A stretch of 64,000 nt of DNA from Acidimicrobiia bacterium (lineage in GTDB: Bacteria; Actinomycetota; Acidimicrobiia; Spongiisociales; UBA11373): contig JBBDMM010000012.1 of the NCBI GenBank assembly GCA_040878325.1, positions 1-64,000 of the forward strand, read 5' to 3'. The translations under genes were made by a program, and so were the position numbers. Positions 37,979 to 47,762 of this stretch are shown one piece after another. The notes under the pieces are model-generated. The model was not told where the DNA came from. It ran no database searches and saw nothing but the letters and a program-made list of their open reading frames with translations. Numbering within the stretch: the stretch's first letter is position 1; every line of letters starts with the position of its first letter.

Positions 37979-38382
37979 TGCGCCGGGCGCACCCGGAACG
38001 GGATGCGAGCCAACTCGGCGCCTTCCTGCTCCACCACGAAGACGTAGCCGCCCTCTCGCGGGAATCGCACGTTGCCGAAAGCGCCGACCAGCGGGACGAC
38101 GGTAGACGCTCCTGCCGGAAGCGACGATGGTGCTCCGACCCGCAGGTTGCCCTGCGACTCGACCCCCAATTCCGCCCCGTCCTCGTCGAGCAGGACGATC
38201 CGCAGGGGTAGGTCCCGGTTGCGATCCCCGGGGCCGACCTCTGCCACGAGCACCACTGCCAGGCTCCGGTACACGACGGGGAACGAGCGCGCGGTGATCG
38301 TGTCGAATGCTCCACCGAGGACATACAGCTTGCCCGCAGTGACCTGGGCGGCATCGGCCAGCATCGCCGACGTGAGCCTCAT
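37975..38382 (-). CDS. DUF6941-like protein
   Basis: LADAAQ...GKLYVLGG.FD...F..EG.Y. Confidence 0.7.
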   Translation of the reverse strand: MRLTSAMLADAAQVTAGKLYVLGGAFDTITARSFPVVYRSLAVVLVAEVGPGDRNRDLPLRIVLLDEDGAELGVESQGNLRVGAPSSLPAGASTVVPLVGAFGNVRFPREGGYVFVVEQEGAELARIPFRVRPAQ

Positions 38383-38507
38383 CGGGAGAACCCCTCGTAG
38401 ATGCGCCCGACCCCGAAAGCGACGCGGTCATTCCAGTCGAGCGCCTCGGCGCAATGGTGGTCGGTCCCCCGCAGCATGGCCGGACTGTAGTTAACCCGAC
38501 CGCGCCG

Positions 38508-39158
38508 CTATCCCTCGGCGGCCTCCCAGGTCGCCGACGACTTGATCGCACTCTGTGCGTGGAGGAACAATCCGGCATGCTCCTGCCGGGCGTCGAGCAG
38601 ACCGGCCAGATCGAGTGATGCCCAGTCGATCGCCTCAGCGGCCGCCCGGTCGAGATCGAGCACGGTGAGACCCGGAGGCGGAGTATCGCCCTCGAACTCG
38701 AATGGCTCCTGGCACACGTCGAACGACTCGAGTCCGGGCCAGGTCTCGAACACTGCGGGGAGAAACACCCGGGCGACGGGCACGATTTCGGCCGCGTACT
38801 CGTCTGGCGACTTGGCGGCGAGTGGCGTGAGGTAGACGGCGAGGTGGGTGGCCTCGGGCGACTCCTCATACGTCTCTAGGTCGATGAGGGCGGCTCGTCC
38901 GAGCCGATAGCCGAGAGGCTCGAGGAGGGGATCGAAGATCGCGGCGAGAGTGTCGAAATCCGTCGTCGGCAGGTCAGTGCCACCGGAGGGAAGTGTCAGG
39001 GTGACGGTGGTGGCGGTGGTGGTAACAACAGTTGATGACGTCGACGCGGGAAGCCCGGTGGTCGTCGGGGAGGCGTCGGTGGTCGATGACGGTGAGGCCG
39101 CGTCGTCTCCGCAACCGGCGAGGACAAGGAGCAGGAAAACCGCGGCAAGAATGCGCAT
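38508..39158 (-). CDS. Hypothetical lipoprotein
   Basis: LAGCGDD lipobox; Ser/Thr linker. Confidence 0.7.
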   Translation of the reverse strand: MRILAAVFLLLVLAGCGDDAASPSSTTDASPTTTGLPASTSSTVVTTTATTVTLTLPSGGTDLPTTDFDTLAAIFDPLLEPLGYRLGRAALIDLETYEESPEATHLAVYLTPLAAKSPDEYAAEIVPVARVFLPAVFETWPGLESFDVCQEPFEFEGDTPPPGLTVLDLDRAAAEAIDWASLDLAGLLDARQEHAGLFLHAQSAIKSSATWEAAEG

Positions 39159-39219
39159 CGTCGGGGATCATAACCCGGCGGTGCAATACACTCGTTGGGC
39201 CCAGGAAGTGAGCAATCCT

Positions 39220-39690
39220 ATGCGGCTGGTGAGAATTGCGATGCTGCTGACCCTCGTCGCGGCTGCGTGCGGCGACGACTCGCCGAGCCGTGACGAGTTC
39301 GGGAGAGTGGATCGCCCCCAGGAGCTCGCGGTCCCGCAGCTGCAAACCGGCGACTGCTTCAACGATCCGGAGGCCGATCAGCTGGGGGCGATGGAAGTGG
39401 TCGAGGTGGTGCCCTGCGAGCACCCCCACGACACCGAGATCTTCTACTCCTTCACGCTCACGGCAGGTCAAATGCCGGACGTCGACACGATTAGGGAACT
39501 TGCTGCCGGTCAGTGCTTCCCGGCCTTCGATGCGTTCGTCGGCATCCAATTCGAGCTGTCCGCCCTCGATGTGTTTCCTCTCACGCCCACCGCGCAGCAG
39601 TGGGACGACGGGCACCGCACTGTGCACTGCGTGCTATTCAATTACGACCTGAGCGAGCTGGTCGGCTCCGCCCGCGGCACCGCACGATGA
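39220..39690 (+). CDS. Septum-formation-domain lipoprotein
   Basis: AACGDD; GDCFND, VPCEHPH..E, C...F..FVG, PT...W..G.R...C. Confidence 0.8.
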   Translation: MRLVRIAMLLTLVAAACGDDSPSRDEFGRVDRPQELAVPQLQTGDCFNDPEADQLGAMEVVEVVPCEHPHDTEIFYSFTLTAGQMPDVDTIRELAAGQCFPAFDAFVGIQFELSALDVFPLTPTAQQWDDGHRTVHCVLFNYDLSELVGSARGTAR

Positions 39691-39716
39691 CCCGGTGCCG
39701 GTTCGCCCGGTGGGCC

Positions 39717-40907
39717 TCAGGAAACGACCCCAAGGGATCGTCCGACTAGCCCGAAAGCCTCGACGCACCGGTCTAGATCTTCATCGGTGTGTCCTGCCGA
39801 CACCATCGCCCTGATCCTCGCGGTCCCCCGCGGCACCGTCGGGTAGGCGATCGCCTGGGCGAACACCGACCGCTCCTCGAACAGCTGGCGGGAGAACCCC
39901 TGAGCCACCGCCTCGTCCCCAAGGATCACCGGGGTGATCGGCGTCTGGGTATGGCCCGTATCGAACCCGAGCGATTGCAAAGCGCTGCGGAACCGTTCGG
40001 CATTGGCCCACAGTCGGTCGACCCGCTCGGTTGATCCCTCCATCACATCGACGGCCGCGATGCACGCAGCCGCGTCGGGGGGCGTGACCGCCGAGGAGAA
40101 GAGAAATGGTCGCGCTCTCTGGCGGAGCCAGTCGACCAGCACCTGGGGACCGGCGACGTACCCCCCCATCACCCCGAACGCCTTGGACATCGTGCCCACT
40201 TCCACTTCGACCCGGCCGTGGAGGCCGAAGTGGTCGACGATGCCGCGGCCACCATTGCCGAGCACCCCCTCGCCATGGGCATCGTCGACCATCACCATGG
40301 CCTCGTGCCGATCGGCCGCAGCGACGATGTCGTCGAGCGGGGCGATGTCCCCGTCCATCGAGAACACGCCGTCGGTGATGACGAGTATCCGGTTGGCTCC
40401 AGCCTGCCGCGCCTCGGTGAGCACCCGGTCGAGATCGTGCATGTCAGTGTGCTGGTACACGAACCGCGCTGCCTTGCAGAGCCGAACTCCGTCGACGATC
40501 GAGGCGTGGTTGAGTGCGTCCGACACCACGGCATCCCCCTCGCCCACCAGAGCCGCGACCGTGCCGAGGTTCGCCACGAAGCCCGACTGCAGCGATATGG
40601 CCGCCTCGACCCCCTTGAAGCGAGCGAGCCGGTCTTCGAGCTCGGTGTGGATCGCCATCGTTCCGGCGATGCTCCTGACGGCGCCGGGGCCGATGCCGTG
40701 ACGGTCGAGCGCGGCCTTCGCCGCCGCCACCAGCCGCGGGTCGTTGGCCAGGCCCAGGTAGTTGTTGGAGCAGAAGTTGAGAACGCTGCGCCCGTCGATG
40801 TCGAGCCAGGAGCCCTGGGCGCCGTCGATCTGGCGGATGGTGTTGTAGAGGCCCTGCTGCTTCAGCGAGGCGATCTCGTCGCGCAAGAACCCGATCTTGT
40901 CGGTCAC
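39717..40907 (-). CDS. kbl: Glycine C-acetyltransferase
   Basis: [38 protein letters not shown]; coupled to tdh. Confidence 0.9.
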   Translation of the reverse strand: MTDKIGFLRDEIASLKQQGLYNTIRQIDGAQGSWLDIDGRSVLNFCSNNYLGLANDPRLVAAAKAALDRHGIGPGAVRSIAGTMAIHTELEDRLARFKGVEAAISLQSGFVANLGTVAALVGEGDAVVSDALNHASIVDGVRLCKAARFVYQHTDMHDLDRVLTEARQAGANRILVITDGVFSMDGDIAPLDDIVAAADRHEAMVMVDDAHGEGVLGNGGRGIVDHFGLHGRVEVEVGTMSKAFGVMGGYVAGPQVLVDWLRQRARPFLFSSAVTPPDAAACIAAVDVMEGSTERVDRLWANAERFRSALQSLGFDTGHTQTPITPVILGDEAVAQGFSRQLFEERSVFAQAIAYPTVPRGTARIRAMVSAGHTDEDLDRCVEAFGLVGRSLGVVS

Positions 40908-41968
40908 GGTGTCTCCAGCGGGCCGTCGGCATCGGCCGGGTCGACGAACATGACGACCTTGCCACACTCGCCAGAGCCCATCAGGTCGAAGGCAGCGTCG
41001 AAGTCCTCGAGCCGGAATCGGTGGGTGACCAACGGCGTGAGGTCGACTCCCCCACTGCGCAGGAGGGCGTTGCCCTCGTACCAGGTGTCCCACAGGCGTC
41101 GCCCGACGATGCCATGGACGGTCGCACCCTTGAAGACGATGGCGTCATCGAGGTCGAACTGGAACGGTTTCGAGGAGAGTCCGAGCAGGGCGGCGTGGCC
41201 CCCGGGTTTGAGCACCTCGAACCCTTCGAGGATGGCGCTCTCTGCCCCGCTCATCTCGAGGAGGACGTCGACGCCCTCGCCGTCGGTGGCGCTGAGGATT
41301 CCGGCCACGATCTGGTCGCGCCGGGGATTGAGCGTCAGGGTCGCCCCCATCTTCGCGGCGAGCGTCAGTCGGTAATCGCTCACGTCGGTCGAGATGACGC
41401 TGCGCGCCCCGAGCGCTCGTGCCACCGCCACCGCCATGATCCCCACCGGTCCCGCTCCAGTCACCAGGACCTTGCGGCCGGCGACCGGTGGTGTCGAGGC
41501 GGCGTGGACGGCGTTCCCGAAGTTCTCGAGCAGGGTGGCGATCGAATATGGCGTGCCCGGGGGGTTCGGCCAAGCGTTCACCGCGGGGATGGTCACATAT
41601 TCGGCAAAGGCACCGTCCCGGTGCACTCCGAGGATCCTGGTCTGGGGGCACAGATGGCCCCGCCCGGTGCGGCACCAGGCGCAGTCGCCGTCGACCACGT
41701 GGGATTCGAGGGAGACGAGGGTGCCGATCGCCGGAGCCGTCACGCCGGGCCCGTGGGCCTCGACGATTCCGCAGATCTCATGGCCGACGACGAGTGGTGG
41801 GAGGACGTGCTGTGCCGCCCAGGAATCCCAGGCGCGGATGTGGAGGTCGGTGCCACAGATAGAAGTTGCCTTGACCCTGACGAGCACCTCGCCCGCCGCC
41901 GGCACCGGGGTAGGTCGGTCGACCATTTCGAGGCCGGGGCCCGGACCTGCTTTGACGACGGCTCGCAT
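40904..41968 (-). CDS. tdh: L-threonine 3-dehydrogenase
   Basis: [30 protein letters not shown]. Confidence 0.92.
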   Translation of the reverse strand: MRAVVKAGPGPGLEMVDRPTPVPAAGEVLVRVKATSICGTDLHIRAWDSWAAQHVLPPLVVGHEICGIVEAHGPGVTAPAIGTLVSLESHVVDGDCAWCRTGRGHLCPQTRILGVHRDGAFAEYVTIPAVNAWPNPPGTPYSIATLLENFGNAVHAASTPPVAGRKVLVTGAGPVGIMAVAVARALGARSVISTDVSDYRLTLAAKMGATLTLNPRRDQIVAGILSATDGEGVDVLLEMSGAESAILEGFEVLKPGGHAALLGLSSKPFQFDLDDAIVFKGATVHGIVGRRLWDTWYEGNALLRSGGVDLTPLVTHRFRLEDFDAAFDLMGSGECGKVVMFVDPADADGPLETP

Positions 41969-42020
41969 CAACCGTGAGGGTATCGGACGGCGAAGCGGGC
42001 CGTGGCTCGAGGCCCCGCGA

Positions 42021-42227
42021 TCAGCGGGCGGCGCCGCGCATCGAGCCCGAGAGCTTGGAGAGATCGACCGCGTAGATGGCGCACAGTGCACCGCGGTCCC
42101 CCCCCGCCGCCCAGGATTCCGCGGTGGGCACGATCGAAAAGACGTCGAGGTCGATGGTAGCGAGAAGGTCCCTGCTCCCGAGTATGTGGCAGGCCGAGTG
42201 CCCCACTGAGGGCTGTTCACAGGACAC
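42021..42227 (-). pseudogene. Remnant 3' end of a septum-formation-domain gene
   Basis: LDVFSIVPTAESWAAGGDRGALCAIYAVDLSKLSGSMRGAAR aligns with the C-terminus of 39220-39690 (LDVFPLTPTAQQWDDGHRTVHCVLFNYDLSELVGSARGTAR). Confidence 0.65.
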
Positions 42228-42248
42228 GAGAGAACATATGCTCTGCGA

Positions 42249-43247
42249 GTGAGGCGCGCCACTCTTCTCGTGGTCATCTTCGTGGTCTTGGCGGGGTGCG
42301 GCGACGACTTGGCGCCGACGGGAGGTGGCGGGGTCACGACCACCCTGGAGTCACACGACAACACGATGATGCCGGCAACGACTTCCACGTTTCCCACAGT
42401 CGGCACGACCACGACCGGCGGATACACCTTGGACGAGGGGGGCAACCGGATAGTCGAGGCGAAGTCGGGTCCCGTCGGGTTCACCTGTTCGAATGCAGTC
42501 TTTCCCGGCGGCGCGGCCCCGCAACCGGTGGCGTCGGCGATCGATGTGGCTTCCTTGGTCGCCAATGCCGGCCCTCCCGGAGTCGATCAAGACGACTTCT
42601 TCGACCTCTATGCCTGGTCGATCTACTTCGAGGCCGCTGACTGGGTGTCGCTCCTCGGTGTTCCGCTGTTCCGCGACGAACACCCCGATTGGTACGTAGG
42701 CGCATACGGCAATGCCGAGTTTGTCGGTGGGCACGGGCATTGGGCACAGCTCGCTAGCGGCTGGTGCGATGTGAAGCCGCATCCCGGCACGTTGCCCGTC
42801 GGTGTCAGGTCTCTGGTCGAGTTGTGGTCTGAGGACTACCGAGAGTTCACGGTGCAGAGGACGGTCGAGGGGCCGTCGGACGGCGACTGGGAGGTGATCG
42901 AGGAGATGATGCGATCGGCGTGGGTCCATCTGGTGTACCCGCCGCTGCCGTCGGACTGGAGGCTCGCCGGCTCCCCCGATCCAGGATCGCATCGGGTATC
43001 GATCGAGGTCCAGGAGAGGAACTGCGCCAGCGGTCAACCGCCGGTGGACCGCGGCATCGAAGTGTTGTCGGTGCCCTACGGGGATGGTCTGGCGCTCGTC
43101 GTGATCATCGAGCCCGTCGAGGGTGGGGCACTATGCCCCGGGAACCCCTGGTATCCGATCGCTGTCGATCTGGGCGAGCCACTCGGCACTCGGGCTCTCT
43201 ACGAGGCCAGGACGTGGCCACCCACGATGATGTGGTCTCAGCCCTAG
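42249..43247 (+). CDS. Hypothetical lipoprotein
   Basis: LAGCGDD lipobox; C-terminal ERNCASG...CPGNP motif; TATGCT -10 six nt upstream. Confidence 0.7.
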   Translation: MRRATLLVVIFVVLAGCGDDLAPTGGGGVTTTLESHDNTMMPATTSTFPTVGTTTTGGYTLDEGGNRIVEAKSGPVGFTCSNAVFPGGAAPQPVASAIDVASLVANAGPPGVDQDDFFDLYAWSIYFEAADWVSLLGVPLFRDEHPDWYVGAYGNAEFVGGHGHWAQLASGWCDVKPHPGTLPVGVRSLVELWSEDYREFTVQRTVEGPSDGDWEVIEEMMRSAWVHLVYPPLPSDWRLAGSPDPGSHRVSIEVQERNCASGQPPVDRGIEVLSVPYGDGLALVVIIEPVEGGALCPGNPWYPIAVDLGEPLGTRALYEARTWPPTMMWSQP

Positions 43248-43420
43248 GACGCCACCCATAGGCATGCGGCATGAAGGGGACTCCCAAGCGGCTCAGCTGG
43301 ATCCGTGGCTTGGAGTTCCCTAGGGACCTCCAAGCCACCCGATAGGCGGCCGCCGTTCCTGTGTGTCACGGCCGCCATGGGGTTGGGGCCCCATCTGGTG
43401 GAGGAGGGCCGACCGGCGTC
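43248..43420. ncRNA. Candidate structured non-coding element, identity unknown
   Basis: Three consecutive hairpins closed by GACGCC/GGCGTC; no convincing ORF. Confidence 0.4.
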
Positions 43421-43430
43421 TGTTCGGCGG

Positions 43431-43451
43431 TTCGGCGGCGTAGCCGCCGAA
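43431..43451 (-). terminator. Hairpin downstream of tRNA-Pro
   Basis: TTCGGCGGC-GTA-GCCGCCGAA. Confidence 0.55.
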
Positions 43452-43470
43452 GTCGGCCCGGGCAGAGATA

Positions 43471-43547
43471 TGGTCGGGCTGGCCGGATTTGAACCGGCGA
43501 CCTCTTGGCCCCCAGCCAAGCGCGCTGCCAAGCTGCGCCACAGCCCG
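43471..43547 (-). tRNA. tRNA-Pro(GGG)
   Basis: CGGGCTG acceptor stem, CTTGG-CTGGGGG-CCAAG anticodon arm, TTCAAAT T-loop, encoded CCA. Confidence 0.96.
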
Positions 43548-43580
43548 TGTGGACGAGCATGGTACCGCCCGCCAGAGTGA

Positions 43581-43700
43581 TCAGAGTGCCCGGTCGATGA
43601 CCCAGGCGGCGATCTGGACTAGGCGCACCACCAGGTAGAGGGCGGCGGCGCCGACCAGGATCTTGAATCCCAGCGGAGTCCGTTCGGTCCCCGTCGTCAT
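43581..43700 (-). CDS. 39-aa small membrane protein (absent from the ORF track)
   Basis: MTTGTERTPLGFKILVGAAALYLVVRLVQIAAWVIDRAL; ATGA overlap with upstream gene; GC3-rich codons. Confidence 0.7.
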   Translation of the reverse strand: MTTGTERTPLGFKILVGAAALYLVVRLVQIAAWVIDRAL

Positions 43701-45223
43701 ACCGGCGGCACCCCATGGCGCCGCTCCGAGAAGGAACGATCCTTGTTCGAGGCGTAGGCAAGCCGGGTGATCAACTCGTTGCGAAGATCCTGCGGTTCGA
43801 CGATCGCATCCAGGACGAGATCGGACGCCAGGCGGAGCAAGTCGACGTCCGCCTCGTACTCTGCCCGCTTCTCGGCCACGAAGAGCTCGCGCTCCGCAGG
43901 ATCGGCGATCGCCTGGATGGCGTTGTAGTAGACCGCGTTGATCGCCGCCTCAGGGCCCATCACCGCGATCTCGGCACCAGGCAGGGCGATGGTGGCATCC
44001 GGGTGAAAGCCCGGCCCGGCGAAGGCGTAGAGGCCGGCCCCGTAGGCCTTGCGTACCACCACGGAGATCTTCGGCACGGTTGCCTCGGCGATCGCGGTCA
44101 GCATCTTGGCGCCGGCGCGAATGATCCCCTGCCGCTCCACTTCTGTGCCGATCATGAAACCCGGAACGTCGGCGAGGAACACCAGCGGGATGTTGAACGC
44201 GTCGCACAGCCAAATGAACCGGGCTGCCTTGTCGGCGGAGTCGACGAAGAGCACTCCTCCCAGGTGGTTCGGTTGAGAGGCCACCACCCCGACCGGGCGG
44301 CCTCCCAGCCGGGCGAGCACGGTGATGACCTCAGGGGCGAACAGCTCCTTCACCTCGAGCAGGCTGTCGTCGTCGAAGATGCCGGCGAGAAGCCGCTTCA
44401 TGTCGTATCCCTGGCGGGAGTCCTCTGGAAGCACCGATGCCGGGTCGACATCCCCGGGTTCATCGAAGTCGTAGAGCGGTGGGTCGGCCTTGAAGTCTGC
44501 CGGGAAGTACGAGAAGTAGGTACGGGCCCAAGAAATCGCCTCCTCGTCGCTGGACACGAGGGCGTCGCCACAACCGCTGACGGTGCAATGCATGCGGGCA
44601 CCGCCGAGTGCCTCGAGGTCGGTGATCTCGCCGATCACCATCTCCGCCATTCGGGGCGAGCCGAGGTACATCGACGCGCGCCCTTCGACCATGATCACGA
44701 CGTCGCAGAAGGAGGGGATATACGCCCCGCCGGCGGCCGACGGGCCGAACAGGCAGCAGATTTGGGGCACCCGTCCGCTGAGCCGCACCTGATTCCAGAA
44801 GATCTTGCCGGCGCCGCGCCGACCGGGGAACAGGTCGACCTGGTCGGTGATCCTCGCCCCGGCCGAATCGACCAGATAGAACACCGGGAGCCGCTCGTCA
44901 TAGGCGGACTCGAGCGCTCGAATCATCTTCTCGACCGTCCTCGCCCCCCAGGAGCCGGCCTTGACGGTGGGGTCGTTGGCGATGACCATCACGGGCCGCC
45001 CGTCCACGGTTCCCCGTCCGGTGACCACCGCATCGGCGGCTAGATCGTCGGCCAACGCGTTGGCGAGCAGGCCGTCTTCGACGAATGAGTCGGGGTCGCA
45101 CAGCAGCGACACCCGATCTCGTACGAACAGCTTGCCCTGCTCGGCAATCTTCTCGTGGTACTTCTCGGGGCCCCCGCCCAGAGCCTGCTCTGCGGCCTTC
45201 TGGAGCCGTTCCTTCTCGGTCAT
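43697..45223 (-). CDS. Acyl-CoA carboxylase carboxyltransferase (beta) subunit
   Basis: DSAGARI, GPSAAGGAY, DVPGFMIG, RKAYGAG, HGVPPV end. Confidence 0.92.
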   Translation of the reverse strand: MTEKERLQKAAEQALGGGPEKYHEKIAEQGKLFVRDRVSLLCDPDSFVEDGLLANALADDLAADAVVTGRGTVDGRPVMVIANDPTVKAGSWGARTVEKMIRALESAYDERLPVFYLVDSAGARITDQVDLFPGRRGAGKIFWNQVRLSGRVPQICCLFGPSAAGGAYIPSFCDVVIMVEGRASMYLGSPRMAEMVIGEITDLEALGGARMHCTVSGCGDALVSSDEEAISWARTYFSYFPADFKADPPLYDFDEPGDVDPASVLPEDSRQGYDMKRLLAGIFDDDSLLEVKELFAPEVITVLARLGGRPVGVVASQPNHLGGVLFVDSADKAARFIWLCDAFNIPLVFLADVPGFMIGTEVERQGIIRAGAKMLTAIAEATVPKISVVVRKAYGAGLYAFAGPGFHPDATIALPGAEIAVMGPEAAINAVYYNAIQAIADPAERELFVAEKRAEYEADVDLLRLASDLVLDAIVEPQDLRNELITRLAYASNKDRSFSERRHGVPPV

Positions 45224-46536
45224 GCGGGGTCTCTCCGGGCTCGCCTACGAGGTATCAAGCGTATCGGCGTACCCAGAAAGTCGTAGGTGTCTCGCAGCCG
45301 ACCCTCGATGAAGCGCAGGTAGTCGGGCCCGATCTCTCCGCCGCGGACAAACAGCACGATCGTGGGAGGTTCGGTGCCGGCCTGGACCGCATACATGATC
45401 CTGGCGCGTCTCCCCTTCCTGGTGGGCGGCGGGTGCGCCTCCTGCCATTCGAGGAGGAGCCGGTTGAGGTCGGGGGTCGGAATCCTCTGCGCCCTCGCCT
45501 CGAGTACTGCGGCGACGGCTTCGCCGAGGCGGTGGAGTCGGGCGCCGGTCAGGGCCGACAGTCGCAGGACCGGTGCCCAGGAAATGAACGCAAGGCGGTC
45601 GCCCACCCCGTCCTCGGTGATGGCCTTCTGCTCGGTGTCGGTGACGTCCCATTTGTTGAGGATCACCACGATGCCGGCGCCACTGGCTTCGATCTCCTCG
45701 GCGAGGCGCTGCTCCTGATGGGTCACTCCGGCCGTCCCGTCGATCACCAGGAGAGCCACGTCAGCCTGTGCCAGGGCCTCCTTGGCCCGGATCACCGAAT
45801 AGAACTCGACCGACTCATCGACCCGTGCCTGACGGCGAATCCCCGCGGTGTCGACGATCTTGTAGCGGGTGCCGTCGATTTCGGTGACCGCATCGATCGG
45901 ATCGCGGGTCGTGCCGGGAACTGCACTGACCACCACCCGTTGCTCTCCCAGCAACCTGTTGAGGAGCGTGGACTTGCCGACGTTGGGACGACCGAGGATC
46001 GCAATCGTCGGCATCCGTTCGGCCGCCGGTACTTCGACCTCCGGGAGGCGTTCGACCACCGCATCGAGCAGGTCACCGAAGTTTCTGCCATGCAGCGCAC
46101 TCACCGGGTGCGGGTCGCCCAGGCCGAGGGCCCACAGGTGGTCAAGGTCGAGCTCGCCCTTCGGGCCGTCCACTTTGTTCGCGACGAGAAGCACGGGAGT
46201 AGCCGACTTCTGCACCACCCGGGCAATTGCCAGGTCGTCATCGCCGAGGGGATTGGTGGCGTCGGCGACGAAGAGCACCAGGTCGGCGCTGCCAACCGCC
46301 GCCTCCGCCTGGGCGCGAATGTCCGCGGTCAGTTCGCCCGTGCCGGTCTCCCACCCTCCGGTGTCGATGACCAGGAACGGCACGCCATTCCAGTCGGCGG
46401 TGAATTCCCGGCGATCACGAGTCACCCCGGGAAGTTCTTGGACGACGGCGGCCCGACGGTTGAGGACGCGGTTCACCAAGGTCGACTTCCCCACATTGGG
46501 ACGACCAACCACGGCGACCACAGGCAGACGGGACAT
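45220..46536 (-). CDS. der: Ribosome biogenesis GTPase Der
   Basis: Two GRPNVGKS P-loops, DTGG/DTAG, NKVD/NKWD. Confidence 0.96.
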   Translation of the reverse strand: MSRLPVVAVVGRPNVGKSTLVNRVLNRRAAVVQELPGVTRDRREFTADWNGVPFLVIDTGGWETGTGELTADIRAQAEAAVGSADLVLFVADATNPLGDDDLAIARVVQKSATPVLLVANKVDGPKGELDLDHLWALGLGDPHPVSALHGRNFGDLLDAVVERLPEVEVPAAERMPTIAILGRPNVGKSTLLNRLLGEQRVVVSAVPGTTRDPIDAVTEIDGTRYKIVDTAGIRRQARVDESVEFYSVIRAKEALAQADVALLVIDGTAGVTHQEQRLAEEIEASGAGIVVILNKWDVTDTEQKAITEDGVGDRLAFISWAPVLRLSALTGARLHRLGEAVAAVLEARAQRIPTPDLNRLLLEWQEAHPPPTRKGRRARIMYAVQAGTEPPTIVLFVRGGEIGPDYLRFIEGRLRDTYDFLGTPIRLIPRRRARRDPA

Positions 46537-46636
46537 GGGAGCAGGATAAGGGGCCTCGCTTCGTTCGGCCCGCAATGCTCAATGCGCAATGCGCGACGGT
46601 ACGGCGTGGAGGAGGTCCCTAGCCATTCTTCTCTTG

Positions 46637-46684
46637 CGGGAGGCGGATGGCGGATGGCCCCCCCGGCGACTGGAGACTGGTGAC
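46637..46684. repeat. Heptamer tandem arrays
   Basis: CGGGAGG CGGATGG CGGATGG and CGGCGAC TGGAGAC TGGTGAC. Confidence 0.55.
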
Positions 46685-46709
46685 TCCGGAGGCGCCTTAC
46701 CATCCGCCT

Positions 46710-47756
46710 GTGGTCGAAACAGTTCTTCTTGCCGAGCCACGCGGATTCTGCGCCGGGGTGGAGATGGCCATCAAGGCCCTCACCTGGATGGTGCGCGTGT
46801 TCGATCCCCCGGTGTACTGCTATCACGAGATCGTCCACAACGCCTCGGTTGTCGAGATGTTCACCGCCGCCGGGGTGAGGTTCGTCGACTCGATCGACGA
46901 GGTCCCGTTGGGCGCTCCGATCATGCTGTCTGCCCACGGTTCGTCCCCCGAAGTCGTGGCTGCGGCAACCGGCCGCAGTGCGGTCATGGTCGATGCGGTA
47001 TGCCCGCTGGTGACCAAGGTCCACCACGAGATTCGAACCAGGGCAGAGGCCGGATACGACATCATCTATGTCGGTCACGCCGGGCACGATGAGGCGACCG
47101 GGGCGGTCGCCGAGGCCCCCCATGCTGCCACCCTCGTCGACCCCGAACAGGGCCTCGGCTCATTCGAGCCGTCCGATCCGACCAGGGTCGCCCTGGTCGC
47201 GCAGACGACCTTGGGGCTCTTCGAATGGGAGTCGGTGCTCGACGATGCCTCGGCGCGGTTCCCCGACCTGTGGACCGCCCGGCGCAGCGACCTCTGTTAC
47301 GCCACTACCAACCGACAGGCCGCCGTCAAGGAGCTGGCCCGACGCTGCGATGTCGTGCTCGTGGTCGGATCCGACAACTCTTCGAACACCCGTGCTCTGG
47401 TGAGGGTGGCTCGCTCCGAAGGGGCCTCCGCCCACCGGGTGGATGGTCCCGAATCGGTCGACCCGAGCTGGCTCGAGGGGGCGTCTGTGGTCGGAGTCAC
47501 GGCCGGGGCGTCGGCGCCGGACAAGAGCGTTCGAGACGTGATCGCGGTGATCGCGCCCTCAAAGGGTGTCCAGACGCTTCGGGTCACCGAAGAGGGCGAG
47601 TACTTCCCTCCGCCTCCCCAGCTGCGGGCGTTCCTCAAAGGGCTGCAGGGTGCGGTCGAGGCCGGCGTGACCGCCCGCTTCCCGGGGCTTCCCGGGCCGT
47701 TGGACGACGACCGGTCATGGGGCGCCACTGAGGCGTTGGAGATGCTCCGGGCCTGA
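46710..47756 (+). CDS. ispH: 4-hydroxy-3-methylbut-2-enyl diphosphate reductase
   Basis: PRGFCAGV, EIVHN, DAVCPLVTKVH, AQTT, CYATTNRQ, SSN, TAGASAP. Confidence 0.95.
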   Translation: MVETVLLAEPRGFCAGVEMAIKALTWMVRVFDPPVYCYHEIVHNASVVEMFTAAGVRFVDSIDEVPLGAPIMLSAHGSSPEVVAAATGRSAVMVDAVCPLVTKVHHEIRTRAEAGYDIIYVGHAGHDEATGAVAEAPHAATLVDPEQGLGSFEPSDPTRVALVAQTTLGLFEWESVLDDASARFPDLWTARRSDLCYATTNRQAAVKELARRCDVVLVVGSDNSSNTRALVRVARSEGASAHRVDGPESVDPSWLEGASVVGVTAGASAPDKSVRDVIAVIAPSKGVQTLRVTEEGEYFPPPPQLRAFLKGLQGAVEAGVTARFPGLPGPLDDDRSWGATEALEMLRA

Positions 47757-47762
47757 ATCGCG

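Noticed and set aside
42231..42244. LexA-like box AGAAC-ATAT-GCTCT
   Set aside because: Core mismatch and non-consensus flanks; explained by the TATGCT -10 of a lipoprotein gene
43471..43547. tRNA-Pro as attachment site of an intact island
   Set aside because: No duplicated tRNA 3' end noticed and no integrase; the tyrosine recombinase at 53.3 kb is housekeeping XerD
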